Of a stretch of DNA of 64,000 nucleotides, positions 37,295 to 49,413 are shown piece after piece; within the stretch, counting starts at the first letter, position 1; each line of letters begins with the position of its first letter. Position numbers and translations under genes: made by a program. Origin of the DNA: Octopus vulgaris (lineage: Eukaryota); NCBI GenBank assembly GCA_951406725.2, contig OX597815.1, positions 152,396,001 to 152,460,000 of the forward strand. Reading direction: 5' to 3'. Below the pieces are notes generated by a model. The model was not told the origin of the DNA. It was given only the letters and a program-made list of their open reading frames with translations, and did no database searches.

Positions 37295-37652
37295 CTGTTG
37301 GTTATCTAAGACATCATTTTACATTACTTTCCTGACTCCTGTGCTGATCATGTGCATCTTCCAAATTATCTTCAGTTTTCGTACACACAAAGATAAATTC
37401 GAAGCGGAACTGAATAGAACAAATTTCTGTCGCTTCATTTGTCTGTTTTACCTATTGTTCCTGTTCAGATTGTCATGGTTATTAGCTTTCTTAGCTTTTG
37501 ATGAATCAGCCGAAGTGTTTGACAATCTTTTCGGTATATTCAACATTTTACCAAGTCTCCTTATCTTCATATTTTACTGTATAGACTACAAATATATCAG
37601 AAATCTCATCTGCCAGCATGCATGTAATCGAGAGGAAGGTAAGTGCAATTAA
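37295..37652 (+). CDS. Adhesion GPCR exon: ECL2 Cys-Trp, TM5, TM6, TM7, helix 8
   Basis: tttctttgtag| (phase 2) then CWLSKTSFYITFLTPVLIMCIF...LLFLFRLSWLLAFLAF...LFGIFNILPSLLIFIFYC...REEGKCN*. An alternative strong donor AAG|GTAAGT lies at 37638/37639. Confidence 0.92.
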
Positions 37653-37941
37653 GGAGTTTTTTTAATTCTTACCATCATCAGAATTAGCGCCAATAGTGTT
37701 AAGATGAGGATAGCCACAAACATCACATCTACTGACAAAACCACTATCGACACCACCTTAGGATAGACATCTTCATACATACCAACTCTACTGTGTGTGC
37801 ATGTGTGTGTGTGTGTGTGTGCGTCTGTGTGTGCGTGAATGTGTGCGTGCGTGTGTTTGTGCATGGGTGTGTGTGTGGGGGTGTAAAATATACATATACT
37901 CATACTTTGAGTTCTATCTTTCCTGTTTGCACCAACGTACC

Positions 37942-37974
<33 letters not shown>

Positions 37975-38089
37975 TTGTTTGTTTGAGTGTGTGTATGTAT
38001 GTATGTATGTATGTATGTATATATGTTTGTATGTATGTATGTATGTATGTATGTATGTATGTATGTATACATGCAGATTTGAATGTTTT

Positions 38090-38315
38090 GTTTTATGTAT
38101 GCATTTTCATATAAATTAGTCACATATTTAGACATGCTCATATAAATTTAGACAATAAACCTCTGGAAAGTTTTACAGATTTTAACAGTTCCAGAAGATC
38201 TATAGTTTTTGAATCAGTTTTCTCCTTTCTGGTTTTGAGAAGCCCAATTTCTCAAGATTGGTATTTATGCAGTGTGTTATATATTCCAGTGCCCCAATAA
38301 TTACAGGTATAAACA
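38090..38315 (-). mobile_element. RLE-type LINE 3' fragment carried in the array (further copies ~46170-46400 and ~50105-50345)
   Basis: It is the reverse complement of 7680-7930 (FIPIIIGALEYITHCINTNLEKLGFSKPERRKLI). Confidence 0.75.
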
Positions 38316-39854
38316 TGTGTGTATGTATGTGTGGGTGTGGGTGGGTGTGGGTGTGTTTGTGTGTGTGTGTGTGTGTATGTGTGTGTGTCTGTGTTTGTCT
38401 ATAAGCAGGTATAAATGTGTATCTCTATGTGCATTTATGTATGTGAGGTCGATGAAAACGACTAACCCACTGGCCTGAAACTGCTAGTTTTGTGCCAAAA
38501 TTCGAAGCCAATATTACTGAAATTTCATAAAATATCTACTGAGTTTACCACAATAAATTAGGATACAATAGAGTTAATATTGGACCTAAAAAGGGAAATA
38601 TCTTATTAAGTTGGTATAAACAGGTAAGTTAATAGCAATATTTCTGCTTCGTTTTACAGGTGAGTTAACGACAATATATTTTTTTTTTCTTAAATCTTTA
38701 CTCGGTTTACTGATAGGTTATTATTGTTGTTGTTCTGTAGCCTGATATCTTTTGTAATCTGGCAGACTTATGATAAAAAGTGTCCCAAGTGTGACCACCC
38801 TCTTCTTTTCACTTCTTGTAAATCAGTAAATACATTAAACATATCTTCATATCAAAATATCAAACTTTGGTTTGCTCCTAAGGTTAGCATTCTCTTTTGT
38901 TTCTTCAAGATTAGATACAGGCTGCAAGATGCAAAATAAAAAATACAAAATAATAAATGATAGTGTCATTATTCTTCATCATCTGCTTCCATGCACCCAT
39001 CGATTAGATGGGTCATCAATGTCCAAGTCAGGTCTTATTCAAAGTTAACATCCACTTCGATTGCTTGAGGTACAGACGCATATCACTTAAATACTCTGGA
39101 TTTTCTATGACGAGATACCCTTCTTAACACCAACCATTTTATAAAGGATCTTGTGTATGTTTTATTGTAACACAGGCACTAATTAGATTATCATCATCAT
39201 CACCATTTATCGTCCATTGTCCATGCTGGCATAAGTTGGACATTTGACCATGTATGTATTGGGGCCATTTTCTCATAATGCTAGCACTGGTCAGGTTGTC
39301 TTGCATCTCATAATATTATACATATCTCGTTGCTCTCTGGTCAGTTTTTCTTGTGTCCCATAAAATTAGACATTTCTTACTGCTCTTATGATGTTGTTTT
39401 TTCATTCAAGGTGACAAGTTGAGAAGTGATGACAGAAGAATAATGAGGATGCAGGGAGTGAAAGTTGTGAGAAAACGAGGATAAGAATGGTGATTTGAAG
39501 GATAGGTGGAGAATGACAAGACTGAGTGACTGTCAGTTGTGAGCCAACAGAGATGATTAATGATGTATTAATATCTTGGGAAACTGATAATTAAAATCAA
39601 AATTACTTATAAGAACCTCAGTTTCAGCTTTCTAATGTAGGAGATTCAATAACAAATTGCAAATTAAAATGTTTTCAACTGGTAAAAATTGTTAAAGATA
39701 ATTTCCTCTGTTTACAAAATCGTTCTCCAGAAGTTCTTCTTGATTTATCATCTTATGAAGATGTCACATTTTTAAGGTACTTTGATGTTTGATATGAGAT
39801 ATCATCTCTTGCCGGAGTATCTTCCCAGAATGTCTCAGATTAGAATGTGTATTA

Positions 39855-40650
39855 TCTATATATATGAAACTCAACTTGTTTGTCTGTGTGTGTGTCTGTG
39901 GGTTTAACTACCCGGCACATCTCCGCCTAGCCAACAAATCGTAGAACCACAAAAATGGCTCACTTAAAGCTTAGGCGAATGAAAATTGAACTGCGATATT
40001 TCTTTTCCGAATTTCATCTCGCAAGTGCAAAATTCGATAATGTGTTTCTTTAGGCCTTGAATAGTGGACTTTACTCAGTCAGCTTTTTGACGTTATCGGT
40101 GTTCACCATGCGTGCAAGCATGCGTAAATTGCATGAAAAATAAAAAATCAAGATATAAATACGAATCGCCATAAACATTATAGAAATTCGGCAAAGAAAT
40201 GACTTTCCGGGATATAGACTGGAGGGTTTTTTCGTATAGATCATTTGGACTATGTGAACACATACCAATTGTTTTCATAACATTTTTAATGCTTTGAATT
40301 AAATGTAACCATTTTGCATTGAGTCTGCAGTTTGGATCACTTTAACCAAATTGTAGCAGGCTGGATTTTTGATCATCACGATACATCGCCAGCGACACCT
40401 AAATCTCTACCCTGAAATAATGATCTAAAAGAATAATTCAACAATGCAATTATTTGATCAACAAAAATTTATAAAACTCTTCTGCGTACTTCCTATTGAG
40501 GAAATAGAACACATTAGCGCAAAAATAGAGGGTATAAAATGCTTCATTTTAAAACCAAATTAATTGAATTTTGATTGAACTTCATCCAAGTTTAACTTAA
40601 TTCGTGCATGCATAGAACGCACGAGCACACGAGCCAAGCAATACTGCTAT
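39855..40650 (+). mobile_element. Non-autonomous Helitron-like element, family B, copy 1
   Basis: It starts A|TCTATATATATGAAA and ends ...atactgCTAT|T. The empty site tgtattA|Tagtctata is seen in the paralog at ~45465. Confidence 0.7.
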
Positions 40651-41206
40651 TAGTCTATATACATATATATACATATATATATGTGTATAACTGAGAATGT
40701 ATGCATGTAAATGCTTGTCAGTCCGTCTGTATGTGTTCGGCACTAAAACTCGAAAACTACCCAACTGATTTCATTCAAATTTAATACATGTCTTACATAA
40801 AGTCCTTACATTTTGTAATGTGAGTTGATACTTTCACTGTGATATATGTATGAATGTATATGTATGTAAATATATATGCACATATATGTGTGCATGTATA
40901 TGTATGTTTGCATATATATGCATACATATGAGATCAGATTGGAACCTGGTGCAGCCTTTAGGCTTGCCAGCCCTCAGTCACACCACAGCGTGGAAAGCAG
41001 ATATTAAACAACGATGATGATGATGATGGTGATGGTGGTGCTGGTGCTGGTGCTGGTGCTGGTGGTGGTGGTAGTGGTGGTGGCGGTGGCAGTGGTGGTG
41101 GTGGTGATGGCGTTGGAGTAGGAGGAGTATGAGGAGGAAATTCTGCAATAGAGATCTGTGCTGGGACATAATCATATTCACTCTAATGAAAGTCACTTAC
41201 TTTCTA

Positions 41207-41338
41207 GTCAGATTATATACAATTTGTATAGATATCTAGTATTGCAATGTCAGATTATATACAATTTGTATAGATATCTAGTATTGCAATGTCAGATTAT
41301 ATACAATTTATTTAGATATCTAGTATTGCAATGTCAGA
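41207..41338. repeat. 42-bp tandem triplication
   Basis: gtcagattatatacaatttgtatagatatctagtattgcaat occurs three times. It is single-copy in the paralogous modules (42980, 55206, 57526, 61930). Confidence 0.95.
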
Positions 41339-43176
41339 CAGTGTTTTTTTGTATTTGACTTATTTTGTATTTAACTTATTTTAAACTTATTTTGTCATAG
41401 CATCATCTTGTAGGCTCACCAAACAGATTTAAACCTTATTTCCATTTGTGTAAGTAATTCTACTGTCTTTTGTGGGCACGCATCCACTTCTCTACAAACC
41501 GTCATTATTGACTTCTGTCGTCCAATAATGTCCAGATGTTATTATCTCCTAAAACAATATGTGAAACATTACTGTGACCTTTTGTAATTATTTGGTCTTA
41601 ATTAACATCAGTGACAAATGTAGTATAACGTTGGTAACATGAATGGGATTAGATATTCCTTTTGATGTTGTTCTTATATTAACAATTACGTAGCAAGACA
41701 GTTTCTGTCAGTCTGACCCTGCTACACAGGTGTAAGCTCCAAGTCCTCAAGATTAGATACAGGCTGCAAGATGCAAAATAATAAATACAAATTAATAAAT
41801 CATAGTGTTATTCTTATTCACCATCTACTTCCATGCTGCTATCGATTAGATGGGTCACCAATGTCAAAGTCAGTTCTCATTCAGAGTTAACATCCACTTT
41901 TTTGCTATAGGTACAAACGCATCTCACTTAAATTCTCTTGATTTTCTATGACAAGATACCCTTCTTAACACCGACCATTTTATAAAGGATCTTGGGTATG
42001 TTTTATTGTAACACAGGCACTAATAAGATTGTCATCATCATCATCACCATTTAACGTCCATTGTCCATGCTGGCATGGGTTGGACAGTTTCACCAGAGCT
42101 GGCAAGCTGAGTGGCTGTAGGTTCCACTCAAAATTATGCTGTCTCCTCTCATTCATCAATCACTTTCATGTGTGTACTGGGGCCAGTTTCTCATAGTGCT
42201 AACACTGGTCAGGTTGTCTTGCATCTCATAATATTATACATATCTCGTTGCTCTTTCATGTGTTTTTTTCATGAAGACATGTTGAGAAAGTGAGAAGTTT
42301 AAGTGATAACGGAAGAATAATGAGGATGCAGGGACTGAAAGTTACAAGAAAATGAGGATAAGGACAATGACTTGAAAAAGAGGTGGAGAATTCCAACACT
42401 GAATGTTTGAAGCTCCAATAAATTTGTTTGTGAGATGGTTAATGATTTACTAACATCTTGAGAATCCAATAATCAAAGGGAGTGCTACTGACTAGAACAT
42501 CAATGTTGGCTTTGGTAAATGATCTCATTCAAATTTCACACATGTCTTACTTAAGGTCCATGCAGTGTCATGGGCGAAATAAATTTTCAACTTCTTGCCT
42601 AATGTGATCCTGGAGCAATCTCTTATCTCTTACACTATTTCAGTATTACTTGTCAAAAGTGAATCAATAAAATCGCTATTGTAATGTGAGTTAATACTTT
42701 CACTGTGATATATCTATGTATGTATATGTATATATATGCATATATATGTATACAAATATATATATGTTTACATATGTATGCATACATATCAGATCAAATT
42801 GGAGCCTGGTGTAGCCTTCAGGCTTGCCATCCCTCAGTCACACCTCAGCATGGAAAGCGAATATTAAACAACGATGATGATGATAATGATGATGATGATG
42901 ATGATGATGGAACTTCTACAATATAGATCTGTGTGGAGACATAATGATATTCACAGTATTGAAAGTCACTTATATTTTAGTCAGATTATATACAATTTAT
43001 ATAGATATCTAGTATTGCAATGTCAGACGTTGTTTTTTTGTATTACATATAAAACCTGTTAACATTGTAATGAATCAGATATTATTCATCAACTGATTTA
43101 CATTTGTATGTCTGAAATTTAACCTGATTTTGTCATAGCATCATCTTGTACGCTCACCCAACAGATTTATATCTTA

Positions 43177-43690
43177 CTAGAAGTATCGCCCGGCGTTGCT
43201 CGGGTTTGTAAGGGAAATAACTATATAAGCATTTTTAGAGAGTTACTTCCTTTATAGATGCCAATTCGGGCTTTCTTAGCCATTTCTGTTTTGGTGTCTT
43301 CAAGCCATGAATTCGTTGTTCTAAAAGAACGCTGGTCTCCTTGACAACACATTACGACATTGATTTCCTTAAACTCCCTTCCCCACAGCTTCACGAGGGA
43401 GGGCAGAAGGGGGAGAAGCAAACAGGTGCAGGTGCGAGCGTGGACACCAACTCCGCCGCCATCGACACACGAAAAATTATGCATTAAAATGGAATAAAAA
43501 AATGATGTTAAATTATTTTTAAAATCGTAGACTCATCGTAAACGCACGCTAATAGTCAGACGGGCTCGATATTAATCACGACTATAAGATACCCGAATTT
43601 GGTTAAACTGCACTGCAAAATGTGGGAGGAGTTAGGAATCTAAATCGTAGGAGACAGACACTCACACAACTACAGTTTTATATATATAGA
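43177..43690 (-). mobile_element. Non-autonomous Helitron, family A, copy 2
   Basis: The minus strand runs TC...hairpin cccgagcaacgccggg...CTAG. The empty site cttA|Ttaccgtc is present in paralogs at ~55400 and ~57720. There is no TSD. Confidence 0.85.
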
Positions 43691-46427
43691 CTACCGTCTG
43701 TGTAAGAAGTTCTAGTGTTTTTCTTGGGCACGCAACCACTTCTCTACAAACTGGTATTATTGACTTCTATAGTCCAATAAGGTCTAGATGTTATTGTGTC
43801 CTAAAACAAAATGTGAAACATTTCTGTATATTTATGATACTATTTAGATATATTATATAAAGCATTACTGTGATGTTTTGTAATTATTTGGTCTTAATTA
43901 ACTTCAGTGACAAATGTAGTATAACGTTGGTAACATGAATGGGATTAGATATTCCTTTTGATGTTGTTCTTATATTAACAATAACATCATGAGACAGTTT
44001 CTGTCAGTCACACCCTGCTACACAGGTGTAAGTTCCAAGTCCTCAAGATTAGATACAGGCTGCAAGATGCGAAATAATAAATAGAAAATAATAAATCATA
44101 GTGTCATTATTATTCATCATCTACTTTCATTCTGCTATCGATTAGATGGGTCATCAATGTCCAAGTCAGTTCTTATTCAGAGTTAACCTCCACTTTGACT
44201 GCTTGAGGTACAAACGCATCTCACTTAAATTCTTTGTAGTTTAGATGACAAGATACCCTTCTTAACACCAAACATTATATAAAGGGTCTTATAATAATAT
44301 TGTCATCATCATCACCATTTAACGTCCATTGTCCATGCTGGCCTGGGTTAGACAGTTTCACCAGAGCTGGCAATCTGAGACACTGCACCAAACTCCAATG
44401 TCACCAATTAGATTGAAGGTTCCACTCAAAATTATGCTGTCTCCTCTCATTCACCAATCACTTTCATGTATGTACTGTGGCCATTTTCTCTTAGTGATAG
44501 CACTGGTCAGGTTGTCTTGCATCTCATAATATTATACAATTCTCCTTGCTCTTTGATGTGATTTTACAATCATGAAGACATGTTGAGAAAGTGAGCAGTT
44601 TGGAAGAATAATGAGGATGCAGGAACTGAAAGTTACCAGAAACTGAGAATAAGAACAATGACTTGAAAGAGATGTGGAGAATGATATGACTGAATGGTTG
44701 AAGCTAAGATAAATTTATTTGTGAGATGGTTAATGATTTTCTAACATCTTGAGAATCCAATAATCAAAGACAGTGTTACTTACTAGAACATCAATGGCAG
44801 CTCTCACTCAGACCTATGCATGGAGAGCGGGTATCAGTCGACGATGAAGATGATAATGATTATGAGCATTTGGATCAATACTCTGAAGTTTATGATGGTG
44901 AGTATAAAACTGAAGTACCAGGCTGATTTCTATAAGTTTTCCTTTGAGCACTAGTATTGGTCAGTTTTTCTTGTATCCAATAAGATTAGACAGGTCTTAC
45001 TGCTCTTATGATGTGTTTCATCATTCAAGGGGACACATTGAGAAGTGGTGACAGAAGAATAATGAGAAAGAAGGGAGTGAAAGTTGTGAGAAAATGAGGA
45101 TAAGGATGGTGATTTGAAAGAGAGGAGGAGAATGACAAGACTGAGTGACTGTCAGTTGTGAGCCAACAGAGATGATTAATGATGTATTAACATCTTGGGA
45201 AACTGACAATTAAAGTCAAAATTATTTATAAGAACATCATTTTCAGCTTTCTAATGTAGGAGATTCAATAACAAATCTCAACTGCACATGTATTTAAGTG
45301 GTAAATATTGTTAAATATAATTTCATTTGTTTAAAAATTGTTCTCCAGAAGTTCTTTTTGATTTATCATCACATGAAGATGTCAGATTTTTCAGTTGACT
45401 GATGTTTGATATGAGATATCATCTCCCGCTGGAGTATCTTCCCAGGGTGTCTTAGGCTAGAATATGTATTATAGTCTATATATATATACAACTGAGGATG
45501 CATGTATGGGTGCATGTAAATGTGTGTGTCTGTCTGTCTCTATGTGTGCATCACTAAAACTCGAGAACACCCCTTCTGATTTCATTCAAATTTCACATAT
45601 GCCTTTCTTAGGGTCCATGCTGTATCATTATTCAAACAAATTTTCAACTTCTTGCCTAATGTGATCCTGGAGCAATCTCTTATCTCTTACACTATTTCAG
45701 TATTACTTGTCAAAAGTGAAAAAAGAAAATTGCTATTGTAATGTGAGTTAATACATTCACTGTGATACATTTATGTATGTATATGTATATATATGCATAT
45801 ATATGTATGCATGTATATGTATGTTTACATATATATGCATACATATCAGATCAGATTGTAGCTTGTTGCAGCCTTCTGACTTGCCAGACATCAGTCAGAC
45901 CGTGCAATCCATGCTAGCATGGAAAGCAGATATTAGACGACAAACACCATCATAAATACCAAATCTACTGTGTGTGCAAGTGCGTATGTGGGGGGGGGGG
46001 GGGTGAGGATAAAATATACATGTACTCATACTTTGAGTTCTATCTTTCCTGTTTGCACCAACGTACCTATATATATATATGTGTGTGTGTGTGTTGTGTG
46101 TGTGTGTGTGTTTGTTTGAGTGAGTGTGTGTGAATGTATGTATCTATGTATGTATGTATGTATACATGCAGATTTGTATGTGTTGTTTTATGTATGTAAT
46201 CTCAAACATATTAGTCACATATCTAGACATGCTCATATAAATTTAATCTGGAAAGTTTTACAGATTTAAACAGCTACAGAAGATCTATAGATTTTGAATC
46301 AGTTTTCTCCTTTCTGGTTTTGAGAAGCTCAATTTCTCAAGATTGATATTTATGCAGTGTGTTACATATCCCAGTACCCCAATAGTTACAGGTATAAACA
46401 TGTGTGTATGTATGTGTGTGTATGTGA

Positions 46428-46480
<53 letters not shown>

Positions 46481-46674
46481 TCTATAAGCAGGTACAAACG
46501 TGTATCTCTATGAGCATATATTTCTATGAGGTGGATGAAAACAACTTACCCAGTGGCCTGAAATTGCTGGTTTTGTGCCAAAATTCAAAGCCAATATTAC
46601 TGAAATCTCATAAAGTATCTACAAAGGTTAGTACAGTTTGTAATATGGATAACTTAGAATACAATGGAGTTAAT

Positions 46675-46789
46675 CATCATCGTCTAACGACCGTTTTCCG
46701 TGCTAGCACAGGTTGGATGGTTCGACCGGGGTCTGGAGAGCCAGGGGCTGCTCCAGGCTCCAGTCTGATCTGGCAGTGTTTCTACAGCT
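46675..46789 (-). mobile_element. Short 5'-truncated RTE-tail insertion
   Basis: It matches the reverse complement of 1430-1550. It is absent from the paralogous sites gagttaat|attgga at ~38578 and ~50579. Confidence 0.75.
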
Positions 46790-47174
46790 ATTGAACTAAA
46801 AAGGGAAATATGTTATTATGTTGGCGTAAATAGGTAAGTTAATAGCAATATTTCTGCTTCGTTTTACAGGTGAGTTAATGACAATATTTTTTCTTTCTTT
46901 TAAATCTTTACTCGGTTTACTGATAGGTTATTATTGTTGTTGTTCTGTAGCCAGATATCTTTCATAATCTGGCAGACTTGTGATAAAAACTGTCCCAAGT
47001 GTGACCACCCTGTCTTTTTTCACTTATTGTGAATCTGTAAATACATTAAACATATCTTAATATCAAAGTATCAAACTTTGGTTTGCTCCTAAGGTAAGCA
47101 TTCTCTTTCTGTCTTCAAAATTAGATACAGGCTACAAGATGCAAAATAATAAATACAAAATAATAAATGATAGT

Positions 47175-47450
47175 TGTAGTGAGTGCGCGATTTGAATATA
47201 GAGGCACCTACCTTCTCTTCGTAGTGACGGAGACCCTCCAGAGATGACTAGTCCTTCCTCACAGCCCCGACCCGAACACTAACGATAGCAGCTGCTAGCC
47301 CAAACCCTTAGCGACGTCCTCGCATGTCTTGTCACCTGCACGACCCACGTTGGAAAGGGCGATTTCCGCTCCCTGCGCACGCCTGACAGCTGACCCTTTC
47401 TGCTTGCCCCGCTTCCGGTCAACGCACCCGGCTGCTGACGTCATCCCACA
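47175..47450. mobile_element. Solo LTR (276 bp) with 5-bp TSD ATAGT
   Basis: It has TG...CA termini and is GC-rich. ATAGT occurs at 47170-47174 and 47451-47455. The empty site aaatgATAGTgtcatt is seen at ~38955. Confidence 0.88.
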
Positions 47451-48064
47451 ATAGTGTCATTATCATTCATCATGAAGTACCAAATTGATTTCTATAAGTT
47501 TTCCCTTGAGCACTAGCATTGGTCAGTTTTTCTTGTGTCCCATAAAATTAGACAGTTCTTACTGCTCTTATGATGTTGTTTTTTCATTCAAGGGGACACA
47601 TTAGGAGTGATGACAGAAGAATAATGAGGATGCAGGGAGTGAAAGTTGTGAGAAAATGAGGATAAGAATGGTGATTTGAAAGAGAGGTGGAGAATGACAA
47701 GACTGAGAGACTGTCAGTTGTGAACCAACAGAGATGATTAATGATGTATTAACATCTTTGGAAACTGACAATTAAAGTAAAAAGTACTTATAAGAACATC
47801 ATTTTCAGCTTTCTAATGTAGGAGATTCAATAACAAATCTCAACTGCAAATGTTTTAAAGTGGTAAATATTGTTAAAGATAATTTCATTTGTTTACAAAA
47901 TCATTCTCCAGAAGTTCTTCTTGATTTATCATTTTAAGAAGATGTCATATTTTTACAGTAGTCTGATGTTTGATATGAGATATCATCTCCTGCCGATGTA
48001 TCTTCCCAGAATGTCTCAGGTGAGAATATGTATGATAGTCTATATATATACATATATATATATA

Positions 48065-49413
48065 CTAGAATTATGACCCATCCTTGCTGGATCATAGTGC
48101 TAGTGCATGTATATATGTGTATATATATGTGTACATATTACATGTACCTATATATATATATACATCTACACATAAAATACAAAATACAAAGTTATATCTT
48201 GGTATCACTAGTGATAACAATACTCAAAATATATAACAGACTTGAATTGTAGGCCCATCTCTTGCAATTTCGATCAATTGTATCTTGTCCTCCTTTTTGT
48301 ATAGAAGTGTGGCTACAATCCATTTTTAATTTCTTTTCCTAGACGTATATTTCCACTTTGCAAGGTTTGAGTCAAGTACTCTCTTGCACGCTCCGTTGAC
48401 TCGAACCTTGCTTCTATTGTGGCGAATTTACTGCTTCTGGTTAGATATCTTTCATAGTCGCACGAAGACACTTTTCGAAGGTGCTTTCCTCCAGGTGTTC
48501 AAATCTTTTTTTTCTTTCTCTACATTGTATACTTTATAGACAATAGTCTTTTCTTTAATTTAATTTTTTATTTCGTTTGGTGGTGTTATCCTAGATTCAC
48601 CCTCTTTATCGGTGATCAATCTGAAATAGGTTTGTATTTCTTCCATTTTAATTTTAATGAGTTCGCGCCCACCGATGGTTGCACCGAAATTCATTTTTGG
48701 ACTTTCTTCTATCGAAGGCATTCTAACAAAAATGCTTCCATATAAATGGTGAAAATATTGTCAATTTCCCCAACCAGGGACACAATTCAGTTTTTAAACA
48801 ATAACCAAAGCTCCTTCTCCCAAAAGGGGAGGGTTACAGTTTACAATTATTTAACAAATGCAACACAACAACATTTCCCTTACGAGGAACCAACAAACGT
48901 GATAACAATAGTTAAACAGTTATAATAAAAACAACAAACCTTACTGTGAATCAAAAGCAGTACACAGTTGATTTAATTTAATTTATTCCCAGTCATGTGA
49001 AACCACTTATTCAAGTTCAAGTCATTGATGCAATTTTATACCAATTGCTGTTTTTACTTTTGTTATGTTACGATTATATTATACTTTAGTTTGATTTTAA
49101 TTATTACTTACTACATATAATTCAATTGTTATTATTATCTCTAATTTTTATTGTTACAGTGAAAGTATCTGACATAAAATAGAGAAATGTATTAGTTTCA
49201 CTTTTAACATGTAATACTGAAATAGTGGAGAAGATATGATATTGCTATGGGCTCGCCCTAGGCAAGAAGTTGAACGTTTATTTTTTGGCCGATGACACTC
49301 CCTGGACCCTAAATAAGGCATTTGTAAAATTTGAATGAAATTGGTTGTGTAGTTCTCAAGTTTTAGGGAAACACACAGACAGACACACATTCTCAGTTTT
49401 ATACATATAGAGA
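48065..49413 (-). mobile_element. Non-autonomous Helitron, family C, with an internal LINE ORF1-like fragment
   Basis: On the minus strand it starts TCTCTATATGTATAAAACTGAGAATG and ends with a hairpin plus CTAG. It is inserted in a (TA)n tract that is uninterrupted in paralogs (45478, 54277, 56652). Confidence 0.7.

Larger units (their letters stand above)
3807..37652 (+). pseudogene. Adhesion G protein-coupled receptor (GAIN/GPS + family B2 7TM, ADGRG-like), 3' six exons; frameshifted as assembled; 5' exons not identified in the window
   Basis: Six AG..GT-bounded exons occur in collinear order GPS-TM1-TM2-TM3/4-TM4/ECL2-TM5/6/7. All phases are compatible except for one extra nucleotide in the TM2 exon. 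Pseudogene status is uncertain because the extra base could be an assembly indel. Confidence 0.8.

Noticed and set aside
41207-41338. 42-bp repeats as a CRISPR array or coding repeat
   Set aside because: It is a head-to-tail triplication without spacers of a sequence that is single-copy in paralogous modules.
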